Assembly: GCF_009914755.1 (NCBI RefSeq)
Contig: NC_060938.1
Source of the DNA: the human T2T-CHM13v2.0 reference genome, Homo sapiens
DNA length: 64,000 nucleotides
Strand: one strand, 5' to 3'
The notes beneath the pieces are model-generated. The model had not been told where the DNA came from, ran no database searches, and saw only the letters and a program-made list of their open reading frames with translations. This document shows, piece by piece, positions 14,135 through 28,800 of this stretch; within the stretch, counting starts at the first letter, position 1, and the number at the start of each line of letters is the position of its first letter. A program made the position numbers and the translations under genes.

Positions 14135-16974
14135 ATGACTAAAAAATGCAAGTATAGTATGAACTCATTTAGCAAACACACACACAGAGGGAAAGATCTG
14201 GAATAATATACACTAAAAATTAATGATAGTGGCTCTTGTTGCTTAGGAATATGATGTTTTAATTATTAAAATATGTTTGTCTTTATTTTCTAATTTGCTG
14301 CCATATGTCCTGCTTTTGTAATAATAAAAGAACTATAAAATTCCCCTGTGAATTTACTTTGTGAACTCTTGTCTCTATTGCCTTTGCCTTGATCTTGGAT
14401 TCCTTCCTCCTCTATCAACATTTAATGCATGAGGAACAGAATGGGTCCTCCCAACAGGCTTCCCTTCTCTCCATCAGTATTTTGTTCTTGGAAATACAGA
14501 GGCTGTATAAATAAGCGAGCTGGTTGGCTAAAGCCAGTGAGTCACACAGCTGAGAGTCTTCCCAAATTCACCCTGTTTTAGGTAGACTCCTATACCACAT
14601 GCGCATGCACACCTTGTGTTTTTAATTTCTCAGCATCACCACGGGAGATACATGACTATCTGAGGGTCGAGACATAGCACATTTTTCAGACCATAACAAC
14701 GCACCCAAGTTAAGATGAATATTAACATCTCCTGTGCTCTTGCTGACAAATAGCTGATCAAAACCTTAAGGCTTCCTCTGTCACAAAAAATAACACGAGT
14801 TCTGAGTGGCATGTGAGACTTAGCAAGAGGCCCCTCTCGCCTCACAATGTGAGCTGCACATGTGCACCCACACTTGAGTCTGACCCCTAAGCATTTCCAA
14901 CACCAGGGATGTTAAAGGTAAGCTTTTTTGAAACAGCTCTTTCCTTTGTATATTTTGCTCTTTACTCACAAAAGACAAAAAGAACAAGTGTATTTATAAC
15001 TCTTTGCAACCAATGAGAATTCCACATGGGGCGGGGGAAGATGGGAAACAGTGATCTGTAACCTTTCATGATATCCTGTTTGCCCCTCTGGGAATTTGTG
15101 TAAGCGAAGTCATGTCAGTGGAAGCAGCAACACATAATGATCCCTGGACCATGTATGTTGGACAGCTGGGAGACCAGAAATGATAGAGAGGGTGAGAATG
15201 AGCAAAAAATTTTAAGAAATTTAAGTCCAAGTGAAAATAGGCATTTCAGATGAGAAAGAGTAATAGTAAAAGACAGGTTTTCCAAATCCTCATGTTTAGA
15301 GAAGCTCTTGTACACCATAGCCCTTGTCTGCAATTGTAACATACAGTTCCAAAGAATTAAGAGCTAGGCAAAATAAAGTTAATTCGGATCCTTTTATAGC
15401 TTCACCGGTTGTGCCATGATTCAGGTGTATCGTGAGCCAGTCTACTGCAACTAGATCCAGGAAAGCCTTGGTAGAACAGTTCATCCACACGGATTACCAC
15501 AGATAGTAATCTGATCTCCAGCTCCTCCATCTTTATCTCCATTCTCAACGTGAGTAATCAAGTCTAAGGGCCTTACAAAATAAAAATGCCTCTTAGTGAA
15601 AAGCTTCACTTTCCCTCATCTTTCTCCCCAAATAATCTCAGGACATTAGCACTCGAAGGGTCCTTATGAATCATTTGTTATAAGCCTCAAGTCTTACAGA
15701 TGATCCAGGGAGGTAAAATGGCCTCCCAAAGTAACTAGTGACAAAATCTAGACCTGAATTCAGCTTTCCTAAATCCTAAGTCCAGAATACTTACAATGAG
15801 CCGCACACATTAACAATCGCTTATAGATGAAATATCTTACATTGTGCTTAATTTAGTCCTCTTCTGAGTAAAGCAAAGCAAAATAAAACAAAAATGAACA
15901 AAATCCCAAGAACACGTACCTTCCACCCCACCTTCTTACACAAACCAACCAACCTTTCCCTTGAGGACAACCATAAGGCTCTGCCACAATAATCTGTACC
16001 AATAAAAACTTAAACATGCAAACATCCTTAGAATAAAGTATAGAGGTCTTTGATTTTAGCCTGACAGAATTAATGATATCTTCCTATATTCTCTCACATA
16101 AGCACTTAGCATATTAATAGTTTGTATCTTTAATATAATAATTTCATTCTTTATCATCCTAAAGTTTTGCATTCCTCAATGCATTATTTGTAATTAGTTT
16201 TTGCATGGCTATTCCTTCCCATGTGTTGTAAGCCCTTGGATATTAAATTTATCTCTTTGCTCTTTTACCCCCTGCACAGAAGAGAAAGAACATATGACTT
16301 TAGATCAACGAGTAAATTGGCACAGTCACATTTTTTGAATGGCTCTTTCTTCCCTTTCAAGGGGATAATCTATCATGTTCACCAAGGAATTATGTTACTC
16401 AGAACTCCAGATTAGAACCTTTCATTTGCCACTAAATATTCCTAAAATGGATAAGATCTAGTAGAGATTTTGCAATTCCTGGCTTAGAACTGCAGTCAGA
16501 AGTGCCTGGCATAAGGCAAGCCCTATATAATTGCTAGCTATTCTTATTATTAACAAGATGTAGGTACTATTTTTAGGATTTGGAAGATAAACTGGAAAGC
16601 AGTCTGGCTGTCTTATAGCCTTTCTAACTCTATAATAATGACCCAGACAGAATCAGATACAAAATGTGATTAACCTAGATATTATTTGATCATGTTCAAC
16701 ACTTTCTGGACTAAGTATTACAGAATGTTGTTTCTCAAGGCAGCTGGATCACCAAGAAATCTAACTAATTGAAACCAATTGAAGTAAAAGATGAACTCTC
16801 CTAGGCAAAAATACCTTTTCACAATAAATTCTTAAATAAAAGTAGTGCTGGATAAAAAAATAAGTTGCATTCCTTTGGTTTCCATCCCTCCATGATGCTA
16901 GCATCAGATAAGAGAAATAAATCATGTAACTGTACCTGGCTATGAAGATGCTCTGGATTATGAGTCCACCACAC

Positions 16975-17135
16975 AACACCTATGTAACTTCAAGCAAGTT
17001 ACTTAACATTCCTACATCAGTTTCTTCATTAATAGAATAACGATCATAATAGCCTCTCATAGATTATCATGAGGATGAAATAAGGTAAGAGATGTTCTTA
17101 GCACAATGCCTTGCACAGAGGATATAATAATAATT
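16975..17135 (+). mobile_element. MIR SINE
   Basis: GCAAGTTACTTAAC...CAGTTTCTTCAT...GAGGATGAAATAAG...TTAGCACAATGCCTTGCACA. Confidence 0.7.
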
Positions 17136-18324
17136 ATTACTATAAGCCTTCTTATTGAGATATTTACATGCAACATTTAAGCAATTGTTCAGATAACTAA
17201 TTCTATGCATGGAGGGGTAGGGAAGGAGAGGACAATAACTTATTTCCTCCTCAGCAAAGTAGCAATAATGATGCCTTTCCTTTCTCTTCCTTGAGTCTAA
17301 TGTTAATCCACAAGTATTTTGAGATGTTCAGTAACAAGAGAATGCTATTGCTGTAGGCAACAGGCAATGAGGGGACTGATGTGTGGCTTCTTGATTATGG
17401 AAAAATTAAGTATTCTAAAGGCCAGAGTTTGGCATCCTTTGGCACCTGAGTGACATTCCTCATCATCTCTCATTTGTCTTCATGAGCTCTAAGAACTAGC
17501 AAGCCTCCAATATCTGCAGACCAACGTATATTATTTAAGGAAGATGCTACTTGCTAAAACTCTGGATACAGATCAGTAGACAAAAAACAGCAAAGTGTAA
17601 TAGATGACTTAAAAAAATTAGGAGTTTGGGGTCTGATAAGAGCTGGAAGTCATTCCACATAAGCTTAATTTTGTACTGCGGTTTGGTCAGGGCATATGGC
17701 CATCATATCTGGGGTAAAACAGGCCAGCACTTCAGGGACTGAGCCCTTCAGAACCCTAGGGCTACTCAGAGGTTCCACAGTTCCACAACTAGGGTTCATT
17801 GCTATCTTCTTTATACAACATGCGGGTGGTCCCTTTGAAAAAGTTCAAAACCCACTGAACTAGCAAAGAGCATAGCCAAACCCCAACAACATTTTGGGGT
17901 ACCTAAATGACCTAGGTACTCTAGGGACCACAACTTAACAGATCTAAATTGCAGCTAAAATTAAATAAGATCTGATCTAGCCCCTCCTCACATTCCTCCC
18001 ATGCTTAAGAACCTATGTATAGTGTGTCCTCCAGTTCTCATGGAACTGACATGCCACCTAAGGGCCATTAAAGCCCATGTACCTCTTTAGTTAGCATCAT
18101 TTCTGGAAGAAAAGGTTTAAGGGTAATAAAAGCTTCTTGCTGAACAGGTGAGCAAAGGTTGAAATTAAACATCTAAACAGTGTATCTTTATTTACACCAA
18201 TGATCCTAATTAATAGCCAAATTAGTTGGGTTCATTTGTCATCCAACTCTACACTTTTGCCCTTGAGTCTCAGTTCTCTCCTTTGAAACCACATGGAATA
18301 ATTTATTGATTCATTCCTACATCA

Positions 18325-18961
<637 letters not shown>

Positions 18962-19631
18962 TTAACTTCTATGTGCAAGACACAGGAGTTTCAGAGTGAA
19001 TCAGACCTGTTGGTTCCTGCATTCATGGAGCTTAGAATCCAGCAGGAAAGGACAGTCAAACTCATAGAGGATGACTTTGCTCCATTAGGCTCTGTATTAT
19101 AAACCGAGAAAAGCTTTGCTGAGCTCCTCTGACAGAGTAAGTTCAACATCTTTTCTACCTGGGAGCCCTTCAAATATTTGAGGACAGCTATGCCATACTT
19201 TCTAAGCCTTCCGGTCTCTATCAAAAATTCTAGTTCCATAAGCCATAGAGTATGACTTTGGTTAGAATCCTTTACCATGTGTGGCTTCCCTTTGCACGTA
19301 CATACCATCAACCTATCAATGTTTGGGGAGACCAGAAACAAGACTCGCTCCCACCCCGGTAAAGAAAATAACCCTTATGCTGAATACTCCACTTCTATTT
19401 GCACAAACTAAGAACATTAACATTCTAGGCTCATGCTGAGTTTACAATCAACTGTAGGCCCTGAGATTACCTAAACTGCCATCCCTGACGGTATCTTCAT
19501 ACACTGGTTCAATTATTTTGTATCTGAGTGTAGAATTCTATATTTACTCATATATTGATTAGTGTTATTTATAGTCAATTATTCTGCCTATTAAGCTGTT
19601 TTTGTATGATTGCGTCCTTTTTCTAATTTCT

Positions 19632-19958
19632 TTTTTCTTTTTCTTTTCTTTTTTTTTTTTTTTTTTTTTTTTTTGAGACACGGTCTTACTCTGTTGCCCA
19701 GGCTGGAGTGCAGTGGCACCATCATGGCTCACCACAGCCTCGACCTCCTGGGCCCAATCCTCCTACCTCAGCCTTCCGAGTAGCTGGGACCACAAGTATG
19801 CACCATCATGCCTGGCTAATTAAAAAAAAAAAAAAAATCTGTAGAGAAAGGTCTCTCTATGTTGGCCAGGCTGGTCTCAAACTCCTGGGGTCAAGTAATC
19901 CTCCTGCCTTGGCCTCCCAAAGTTCTGGGATTACAGATGTGAGCCACCATACCCAGCC
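19632..19958 (-). mobile_element. Alu (J-type)
   Basis: Poly-T then GAGACACGGTCTTACTCTG...CCATACCCAGCC; TSD TTC(T/A)AATTTCTT. Confidence 0.92.
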
Positions 19959-20079
19959 TTCAAATTTCTTATCCTTTCTAATGTCATGTTTTCTACATAT
20001 GAGAGCATTCCAACAAGCTCTCATCAGCCTAAGACCACCCTTTGGTGCTCTCTTGTATTCCATAGCATTTTGTATCTAA

Positions 20080-20262
20080 CTCCATTACATTATATTATTG
20101 CCTTACTGTGATTATATTTTTACGTGTCTCTTCTCTCACTTATCTGTGAGCTCGTTAAGCACAATAGCTTATCTACCTTTGTATCTCCACTATTAAGCTC
20201 AGTTCCTGACACATAGGCTATGCTTAAAAGAAAAGCTGTTTATTTCAAAGAATGAATGAATG
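20080..20262 (+). mobile_element. L2 3' end
   Basis: CTGTGAGCTC...CCTGACACATAGG...GAATGAATGAATG tail. Confidence 0.6.
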
Positions 20263-22049
20263 GGCCACTCAACCATTATGTCACCCAGGCCACATCGGTC
20301 CCAAGGTTACCATAAAATAGTTTATCAAATGCCTTATTGAAACACAAGTCTGTAGCTCTCCCAACTCTGCTACCTTCCACTTTAGATAAAAGTCACTTTG
20401 TTTCTCTGTGTCTCCAATTCCCCATATGCAGACAGTGAAAGTTTATCAAGATTAATAAATGAAATAATATATGTAAACATGCTTTGCAAAACTGCAACAT
20501 GTGCAAAAGTAAGATATAAGCATCCCCTCATTCTAGCAGCCTTATCAAAAAAGAAAATTATGTTTATTGGCCTGGCAAGAGCTGTGATTTGTGGCTTTCA
20601 TTTAAGGGCAGGAAGCAAGCCCTCTGAAAAGAGTGACAGGGAAAGGTTAAAGGGATAAAGCCTGGAGCCAAATCCACCACAACCCCCTCCCCAGGCTCTA
20701 CCGCACTTCCCACTCCTCTCCTCCGGCCCCCCACCCCATATGAAAGTTGATGCCTGTTATCCAGGACCTTTCCTTTTGGCTGGCCTTTGGGGTTTTCCAA
20801 ATTCTGTGTTGAAGGGTCCAGAGAGGGTCTCCTGCCAATCCTTGTTTGAGTGGGCCTGTTGAACATCTTCAGCAGGACATCAAAGGGTACACAGTGTGAA
20901 TGGGGAATTGTCTTTAGGAAAGAAGGAAGCAGAGAGATGGACAGACAGGTGGCCCTGCCCTACTGACTGGGTAGCAGCACGTGCAGGGTTTGCTGTGTTA
21001 CAACAGGGTATCATTGTGAAGTACCAGCTGCCTGCCACTATTTATGGACATCTCTTTTTCTGGCTGGGTATTTTTGCCTTTTGATGATACTATTGTCCTC
21101 CTGAAGCTACAAGGAAGGAAGGAAGCTACAAGAAGGAAGACCATACCACATCAGGTGAATCATCCAAACAAGAGAAGGGTCCTCAGCCACCTGGGTTCAG
21201 GAATCTGGAAGCTAGGTTTCAGCTCGGCTGGAAAATCCACTTCCCTTGTGGCCTCCTTCTCCTAGACTTCTAAAGAGGATTTGTATTTCCGTGTCCTCAA
21301 GCATGGAAAAGAAAATCTGCCTTTGCCAGCAAGAAACAGCCAGCCCTACAGAGAACCTGAGCTAAGAGGAGTATCCTGTCAGCCAGATGTTTCATCTTGT
21401 CTGTGAGGGCATGTCTTTCTCCTTTGTCATTGTACCCCAGCACCTCACACAGTGCCTGACACATACCAAATTCTCAATAAATATGTGTTAAATATATGAG
21501 CGTGCTATTCTAGACTAACGAAAATGGGTACTTATGGCTCCTTGGGCAAAGCTTTAAAAGGGCAGCTATGCCTCCTCAGTTCAGCATTAAAGTGGCTGCA
21601 TAATTACAGCAAGAAGAAACCCAGAGTTGTTCTGCAGAGCTAACTGGACAGGAGGATCCATCTCCTGCGTTCCACACTGAGATTCTCCCTTCACAGCCTT
21701 AGCTGATCTTAATAAGATGGGCTTATAGCAGCTTACAGGAGTGCAGAGGCAGAAATTAGCTAGCACTCTGCTATTTTTCTATTCAGTGCTCAATGACAGA
21801 GAAGCCCAAGTTCTCAAACTGAGTCAAAGATGAAGCCATAGAAAAGAACTCCTGAACGAGGTTCCCCTCAACAGTCTTGACTGTTATTACCATCAGAAAC
21901 CTAACTCAGAAAACTGTGCTTTCTATATTTCTGAGAAGTTTTGTTCCCTCTGTCTGATCTAATTTCTTTTTTAAATGTTACTCTGAAAAAAGAACGTCTA
22001 ACCTCTTTGGCATATACAAGAGGAAAGGGTCTCCCCTTTCCAGTGGTGG

Positions 22050-23720
22050 TGTAGAGAGCGGCTGGGTTCGTCCCTGAGGCCGGAGTGGAGATGACCGCAG
22101 CCAGGGTGGCCCTGCTCAAGTTGGGTCAGCAGAGCAAGGTTCCTTCCAGAGGGCTTGCCCCCGGGACAACTTGGAGCCTGCTTCTGGGGAGCCACACACG
22201 TCCTCTCCCACTTCTTGCTGGAGACTTGGGGACGTGAAGGGGGGGTTCTGTGATCCCGGAAAAAAAGTAACTTCTCTTGGTAGGTGATACTAGGCAGTTG
22301 CGTCCCGGGGAGTCCCCGCCTTTCTGCGCTTCCCCTGACGGGGGCACAGGGGCCGGCGTGCGTGTGTGGGTACGTAGCTCATACCGGGGAGCCGGGATCC
22401 TCTTTTCCGCACTTGGGGAAGACGAATGCCGACCATTGGCTCAGACACCATACCACACAGGCATTTCTGGAGGCATTTCGCGGCGTTATTATGGGAAGTT
22501 GCGCGGACCGGGGCCTTCGCGCTACAGCCGAGGAGTCTCAGCGCCTGCCAGGCGGGAGCCGCACTTCCGGCGAGGTGTCTTCGGGAGGGGGCGCCACAGC
22601 CCGTGGCAGTGCCGGCCTCCCGCCTTAACCAGCCCGACTCCCGCCGCGCCAGCACCGTGGGGAGCGAGTGGGTCCCGCCCGGCCGCGGCCTGGACCTGGC
22701 AGCCGGGCTTCGTGGGCGCTCTGAGCCGTGGCCCGTGGCGCGGGGTGATCCTTGTGCCTGGCGCCGGCCTCAGAACCCCGTTTACGGCTTTCCGCGCATA
22801 CGGAGGTTGCTGGGGACCCCGACACCTGCGCGCCCTCGACTGGGGCCCGCTCCAGCAGTGAAGACCCAGGCCCTTCCCTGGGCCGTGGCTGCTCTTGGTG
22901 CCTCATGGGAGCGCCCGGGGTAGGGACTCGGCTAGTGACCTGTAGGACATGAGGGGCGAGCTGGGAGCCGATTCGCCCACGGCGTCTCCTTCGCCATGGA
23001 GGCCCCCCACCCATTCCACTCCGGGGTTGCGGCCACGCACCATAAGAGCACCTTCAGGTCTGAGCTCTTTAGGGGTGGGAGTAGGCAGTTCGTGAGTCCG
23101 GGAAGGCCTGCGGGGTTTCCCGCCTGCTGCGGACTTAGCGTGGGGCCGACCGGGGCTGGCGAGGGCTGGCGAGGACTGGCGGGGACCCGCGGGGCTGAGC
23201 CAGCTCTCGCGAAGCCCTCAAGTGAGGAACGGCGCTTGTGGCTGCGCGCTCTCCGCAGCCAAGTTGCAGGGTCCAGCAGGGGCTCAGGTCCTGTTCCCTC
23301 CGCAGATCCCGGATCTAGGGCTCTAGTGGTCTCGGCCGGAGGGAAGGTGACGCGCAGTGGGCGCAGACGCAGAGTGCGGGGCGCCGAACGTGGGAAGGAG
23401 CGGGTTCAGCGCGCTGGTGAGAGTTTCAGGAAATCCGGGAGAGGGCGGTATTTACCAGTCCCTTCCCCGAGAGCAACCAGGCAAATCGGGGAAGGTTAGA
23501 GGTGGGGGACCTGCCTGAGCCGGGACAAAAAACTTTGGAGCTAGGGCCTTCTAACCCTGGAGACTTGCCGACTCCGGGGCGGGCTCTCGCACTCAAGTCC
23601 CGAGATGGGATGATTTTCCAACTTTCGTCCAGCCTCTCCTTCCGCTCCCGCCGCTCTGCTAGCACTCCCGCACTCTCTCCCTGGGTCACAACCCTCGCCT
23701 GCGGAATACCTGTCTGAAGG
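22050..23720. promoter_or_regulatory. CpG island with housekeeping-type promoter motifs; no coding gene (probable lncRNA promoter)
   Basis: Dense CpG; inverted CCAAT box (ATTGG 22435-22439), ETS CACTTCCGG 22562-22570, ZNF143-like TTATGGGAAGTTG about 22489-22501, GC boxes. Confidence 0.75.
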
Positions 23721-25744
23721 GCGCGTCAGTAGAAGCTTCGTTTCATACTACCTTTCTTACTGTTCTCTTCATCTAAATCGCAGGACATTATTCTCGGCTT
23801 CATTTCCACATAGCATTCGGCAGTGGACAAGGAGTAGGCGGACCCGAACCTGAACCTGACAGCTGATGCCGTGAAGTGGACACTTGAAGTTCTTGGTTTG
23901 GCTTTAGGGAGCGTTTAGGGAATGTGTTAGGCAGCAATCGGGCAAGCATGAGCTGTAGCCCAACCCTTCCCTCCGTGGGAAAATTCAAGTTAGGACGCAA
24001 TGCGAGGCCTCTTAAATCTTTAAGATCCTCGGGTCAGCTCGAAGAGTCTTTAGCAATTCGTTGTTTTGTCTTGAGACCATTATCGGTCCCTAAGCACCTA
24101 ATTATTTAATGGCAGCCCTCTGGGTATATCGGGTAGACTGATAGGTCTTATCTAACATTCAAACACAAGTTTCTGGAGGAAACTCTCATCTGACTTCCTC
24201 CTTCCCCACCCGCCGCCCACTGTCATTTATTTTATTAAATGGAACCCATTTAAAATCCAAATTTATAATTATTAAAAAGCAGTCTTATTACATATTCTTG
24301 AAGATTTGGTTGTGTACGATCATTTAATCATGTAGTTTAATTTCTGTGTTGTTCCCACATTGCCAACTTGATGGAGGAGAGCAGACCCGAGGACTTTTCA
24401 ACCTCCAATAAAAAAGAAGAGGACTTTATGGCTGGGGTGAAAAGGGGCTGGTGAGCTACGACAATGGGGCAGCATAGCTTTACTATGTGCAAAAGCATTC
24501 AGACACATGGCGACCCTTTTGCAATAAAACTTTATTGATGATCGTTTGAAAGTTATGGCAACTCCAAGGTTATAAAACTTGTCATAAAATACCAAGCAGT
24601 CATTAGTTTACCTGACCTCATTTCAATATAAACTTCCACAAAACATTTTATTTTGTTCCTTCTTATAAGTGGAGAAAAGAAGTTGAAGAGGTTAAATACA
24701 GCGGCCCATTATTGAGGATCCAAAATCTGCAATTTGACACTCTGACCTTCATCCCTGCAAATAAAGCAGTAAAATTTACATTTTATTCTTTAATGTTCCG
24801 TTATTGCAGAAAAGTTAATAGTGTGTAAATGTTATTGTAGAAAAGATAATAACAGCTATGTTTTAGTTCCAACTGCCCATTTTTAGCACATAAACTGTGC
24901 TTAATTTTGGATGGAGACTTTTTCCTCTTTAGAAGATTTGTAAGATATATTTAACAATTATTAAAGAATATTTGCTCCCCGAGCTATGCAATAGAAGTCT
25001 AAGAAGCAAATGGCCACATGTTGTCATGTGACCTGAAGAGTTGTTCAAAATATTCAATTAGTATTTACAGCTATTGAGAGGTTAGATGACTAATCACTAC
25101 CTCTCGCCACCCTCAGTCATGAGCTTAAAGAAAGGCAGCTGCCCTGAGATTGGCACGTACAACTATACTACAGAAAATAACCCAAACTGATGTTCCAAGA
25201 AAGCTCCAGGAGATAAACTGGAGTTTGTCAAAATCATCATTTCTGGTCCAACTGTATGAGTGGACTTAAACCATGGATCAGAGAACAGCCACAGAACACT
25301 GATAACTTTGAGTGGCTTCTCATCGCTCCAAACTCCACTTTGGATTGGCTGAAGCTCGTGTTTCCTTAATGCTGTGTAGCTAAGGCCAATCTACCTGCTT
25401 TTGGGGATTTGTGAGCAAGTACAGATGGCAAAGGTTGACTTTGTGTTAGCTGCATGGTGATTTCTCCAAAACATGTAAAAGTCTGGATATACTTTTTCAC
25501 GGATTGTTTAAAATATAAGCTCCAAGATTGATCCAGGCATATATGCATTTATGATGGGTTTAGGAATCTAGATGAAGAAAGCTAACTCTTTAGGACCTCG
25601 CTGGAACTCTTCTTGGTAATGTTATGCTTAGTTTCCTGGTGTGCTTTCAAGTATTTCATGGAATTTTAATGAGAAAACAACATTTTAAAAACCAAAATCT
25701 TATGTAAAATGCTGCTTTCTTCTAGGGAGTGTATGGGTGCAGAG

Positions 25745-25846
25745 TGTGTGTGTGTGAGGGGGGTGAGAGAGAGAGAAGAAAGAGAGAGAAAGAAAAAGAA
25801 AGAGAGAAAGAAAAAGAAAGAAAGAAAGAAAAAGAAAGAGAGAAAG
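25745..25846. repeat. (TG)n plus (GA/AAAG)n low-complexity tract
   Basis: Purine-rich AAAG/GAGA repeats seen directly. Confidence 0.9.
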
Positions 25847-28800
25847 AATCTCAGAGAAAGGAATAGGGATGGAGCTAAGGGAAGAGAGAAGTATTGGATA
25901 AAGTACTATAAAAAGCAAACTCTCCTAGTGTCCATAACTTTCTCTAGTTGGCTGGTACAGTTTGCAGTAATTTTCATTACCGTTTCTTAATGCCAGGTTC
26001 TCAGACACAAGTGATAATATGCATCAAAATAAAGACTTTGTGTTTCCCCAAGTCAGTACTGACTTCCAGGGAGGACAGGGAAGAAAGGGCCTATGGACCT
26101 ACAATGCAGCCCATAGGCTGAACACATATCTTTAGCAGACTTAAGAAGCAAATAAGGGGTCTAAATTCAGTCCTTTGAGCTTGACATGTTTCTGAAAATC
26201 TCATACTGTGGGTTATCTTCAGAGATAAGTTGACAAATTTTTCTTATAAATGAATTGATTAAATGTATTGTGACACACATATATATGCAAACTTGTTGGC
26301 AATATTTGTTGTAGCAAAAATAGCAGTGAATTTAATTTACAATGTTTATATCCCTCTGCTATTAATCCCAGCATTCATTTGGGTTTCCCTAGATGCCTGG
26401 AGTGGTGGGAGTGGAGTAAGGTAAGGGAGAAAAAATGTCTTCTCTTTAATCTTTGACAAAAACAATTCCCTCTTCCCTTTTCATCTTCCTTCTCAAAATA
26501 CTGTTCTTCACCCAAGAACCAGCTATTCAGACTCTCTATCTTGATTTTCACTGTTGTCACAGTAATATATAATGATCCCCATTCTGCTCTACCTAAGTAT
26601 TATATTTACCAGAAAGTTGTGGTTATCAAAGAAGCATCCATTTGGATTCACCTTTCTGAACTACCCCTCTTATACTATATTCTGGGGAAGGCATGGAAAT
26701 GACCTGAGTTGATTTCTAAAGTGTTTTTCATGTCAAAAAATCATAAGGGACAGTACATCATGCACACACTTCCTTTTCTTATATTCTGTTTTGTTCAAAG
26801 ACATTAGAAAATGTTCACGAGACACCATGTCCTCCTTCAAATACTTTCCTGAGTTATCTGGTTAATTGAGGCTTAGCTGTATAATGAGAAGCATGTCTTC
26901 AGGAGGGCTTTAAAATATATGTTTGGGATTTTTTTTGGACAGCTGGGTGATAGAGTTGTGAAATCCCAAATTATGCCTTGAGTTCTGGTGACACGTCCAG
27001 GCTGCCTAGCTTTGCCTTCATCATTTTTATTGACACAAAAAATGTTCCTATAGAGGAAAAAAAGTGCAGCTTTTATGTAGTGATATCTAAGTGTATGTTA
27101 TTCATTCCTTTTACAGAACTCAATGTATATTTTGCCCTAAGGGTATATATTTCTCCATGAGACTAATTGCTCTAATAGAAATAATGATGTCTCCTATGTA
27201 CCTAATACCTTTATCCCCCAAAACCCTCATGTGCCTTAGCAGTTACATGATGAAACACACAGATCATGTGCATGTTGTGGCCAGAAGCCATGGCTCAACT
27301 TACACACAACTCTACCAGGTTAACCCTCTGTTTTCTGTGTGTGTGTGTATATGTGTGTGTATATATATATACGCTTTGATGTAAGAGAAACAGAAAGTCT
27401 TAAGTAATTTTGTTTCACAGCCAAAATATTACAGATAAGTCTGGTTGTAAAAGAAAACTCATACTTACTTTTAGCTACTTTAAAATTGAAAGAAGAGGTA
27501 GGGAAGACTTTTTCTGGAAGTTATAATCCTTATATGAGCTATGTCTGAATTTTCAGAATACAGTTTAAATAACACATCTTTCTACTGACTGTATTTTTTC
27601 CTCTTGGGAAAACTGGATGGATAAATGTTAAATTCTAAATAAAAATTGGGGAAGGGTTGAAGAAAATATACCTACTTACACCAATTACCATTGAAGAACT
27701 TCATTTTGTATCAGAGTTGGAGAAATGTATAGCACTGATCTAGAATGATACAGCTGGATTTAGAGAGTTTTAGGTACCTGGAAAATCTTCGAGGTATTTA
27801 CGGTGTCTCTCTCTTGTTTTGAATTGCTTTTGGTTACCTATAAGTTAATTTGCTTTCTTTAAGTTTTAAATCCATTTGCCAATGCATGCAGTATAGTACT
27901 TTCATCTAGCAAGAAAGTGCTAAAATCTACTGGCATGAAACATTCAAACTGCAAATGGAAAATCTGCCCAGTCAGGTGGTGCTCCAGCATTTCCCCTTTA
28001 AAACACAGCAGCAGCAGTGCCTGGTTGCTGGAACTGGTTGTTGGCTTTGCTGGGGAGGCTTGTAAATGTACCATGCATTATACAGCCTGGGAAGCAGGGT
28101 GATTTGGACAGACTAAAAGAATTTTGACTTTTCTATGTTCTGACTTTCAGGGATTTAATTTTTAGCCTTAAACTGGCATTATGAAGGTTTTTTACATGGA
28201 GTAATGGGATCATTATTTCTTTTCCTAGTGAAAGGGGTGTCTCCAAGAATGGAAACATGTGGCAGGGCAGAACTCAATCCCAGAGGAATTGAATATGAAT
28301 CACTCAGGCAATAAAAACTGCTAAGGGAATCTGTGTTGTCAGCTTGCCAGAACATCAGATTCACACCTCTGGTCCTGCAGGAAGGTGATATGGGGCTTTT
28401 CAAAGGTCCCCTGTGGCCATGACCTTGGTTTTCTATCCTTCTAAGGAGTGGCTCACTGGTCAGCCAATGTATTGGGCTGGCATTTTGATCCTGCAGGAAA
28501 TAGAACTAGCCTTCTTCCCCAATCCTCTATATCCACCCTAGGAGTCTGACAAGAATGGTAGCCTCAGTGGTATGGCTGCATCATGCATAGGACACTGGTC
28601 CAGCATTTCTGGTGCTAATCTCTGGTTTTGCAATCCTTCCTCTCCCCCCTGCAGCCATTAAATTTACAGTCTGAATATGGCATAGAAACAGAACCCAAAC
28701 TGTAGCACTTTAATGCGTAAGAACTGCAGTAAACAGAACTGTAGGAATTGGAACAATACACGAAGGATTAGTATTGTCTAAAAACCCTTCTTTATTTTTC

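Noticed and set aside
19821-19838. A-run replacing the expected T-rich linker in an antisense Alu
   Set aside because: Linker slippage is common in old Alus; no evidence of function
22126-23717. Long overlapping ORFs (up to 194 aa) in the orphan CpG island
   Set aside because: Stop-codon depletion in GC-rich DNA; Arg/Gly/Pro-rich, open in many frames, mostly non-ATG starts, no recognisable domain
25700-25990. Lys/Glu/Arg-rich and Phe/Leu/Ser-rich ORFs (also 48031-48237)
   Set aside because: Translations of simple repeats
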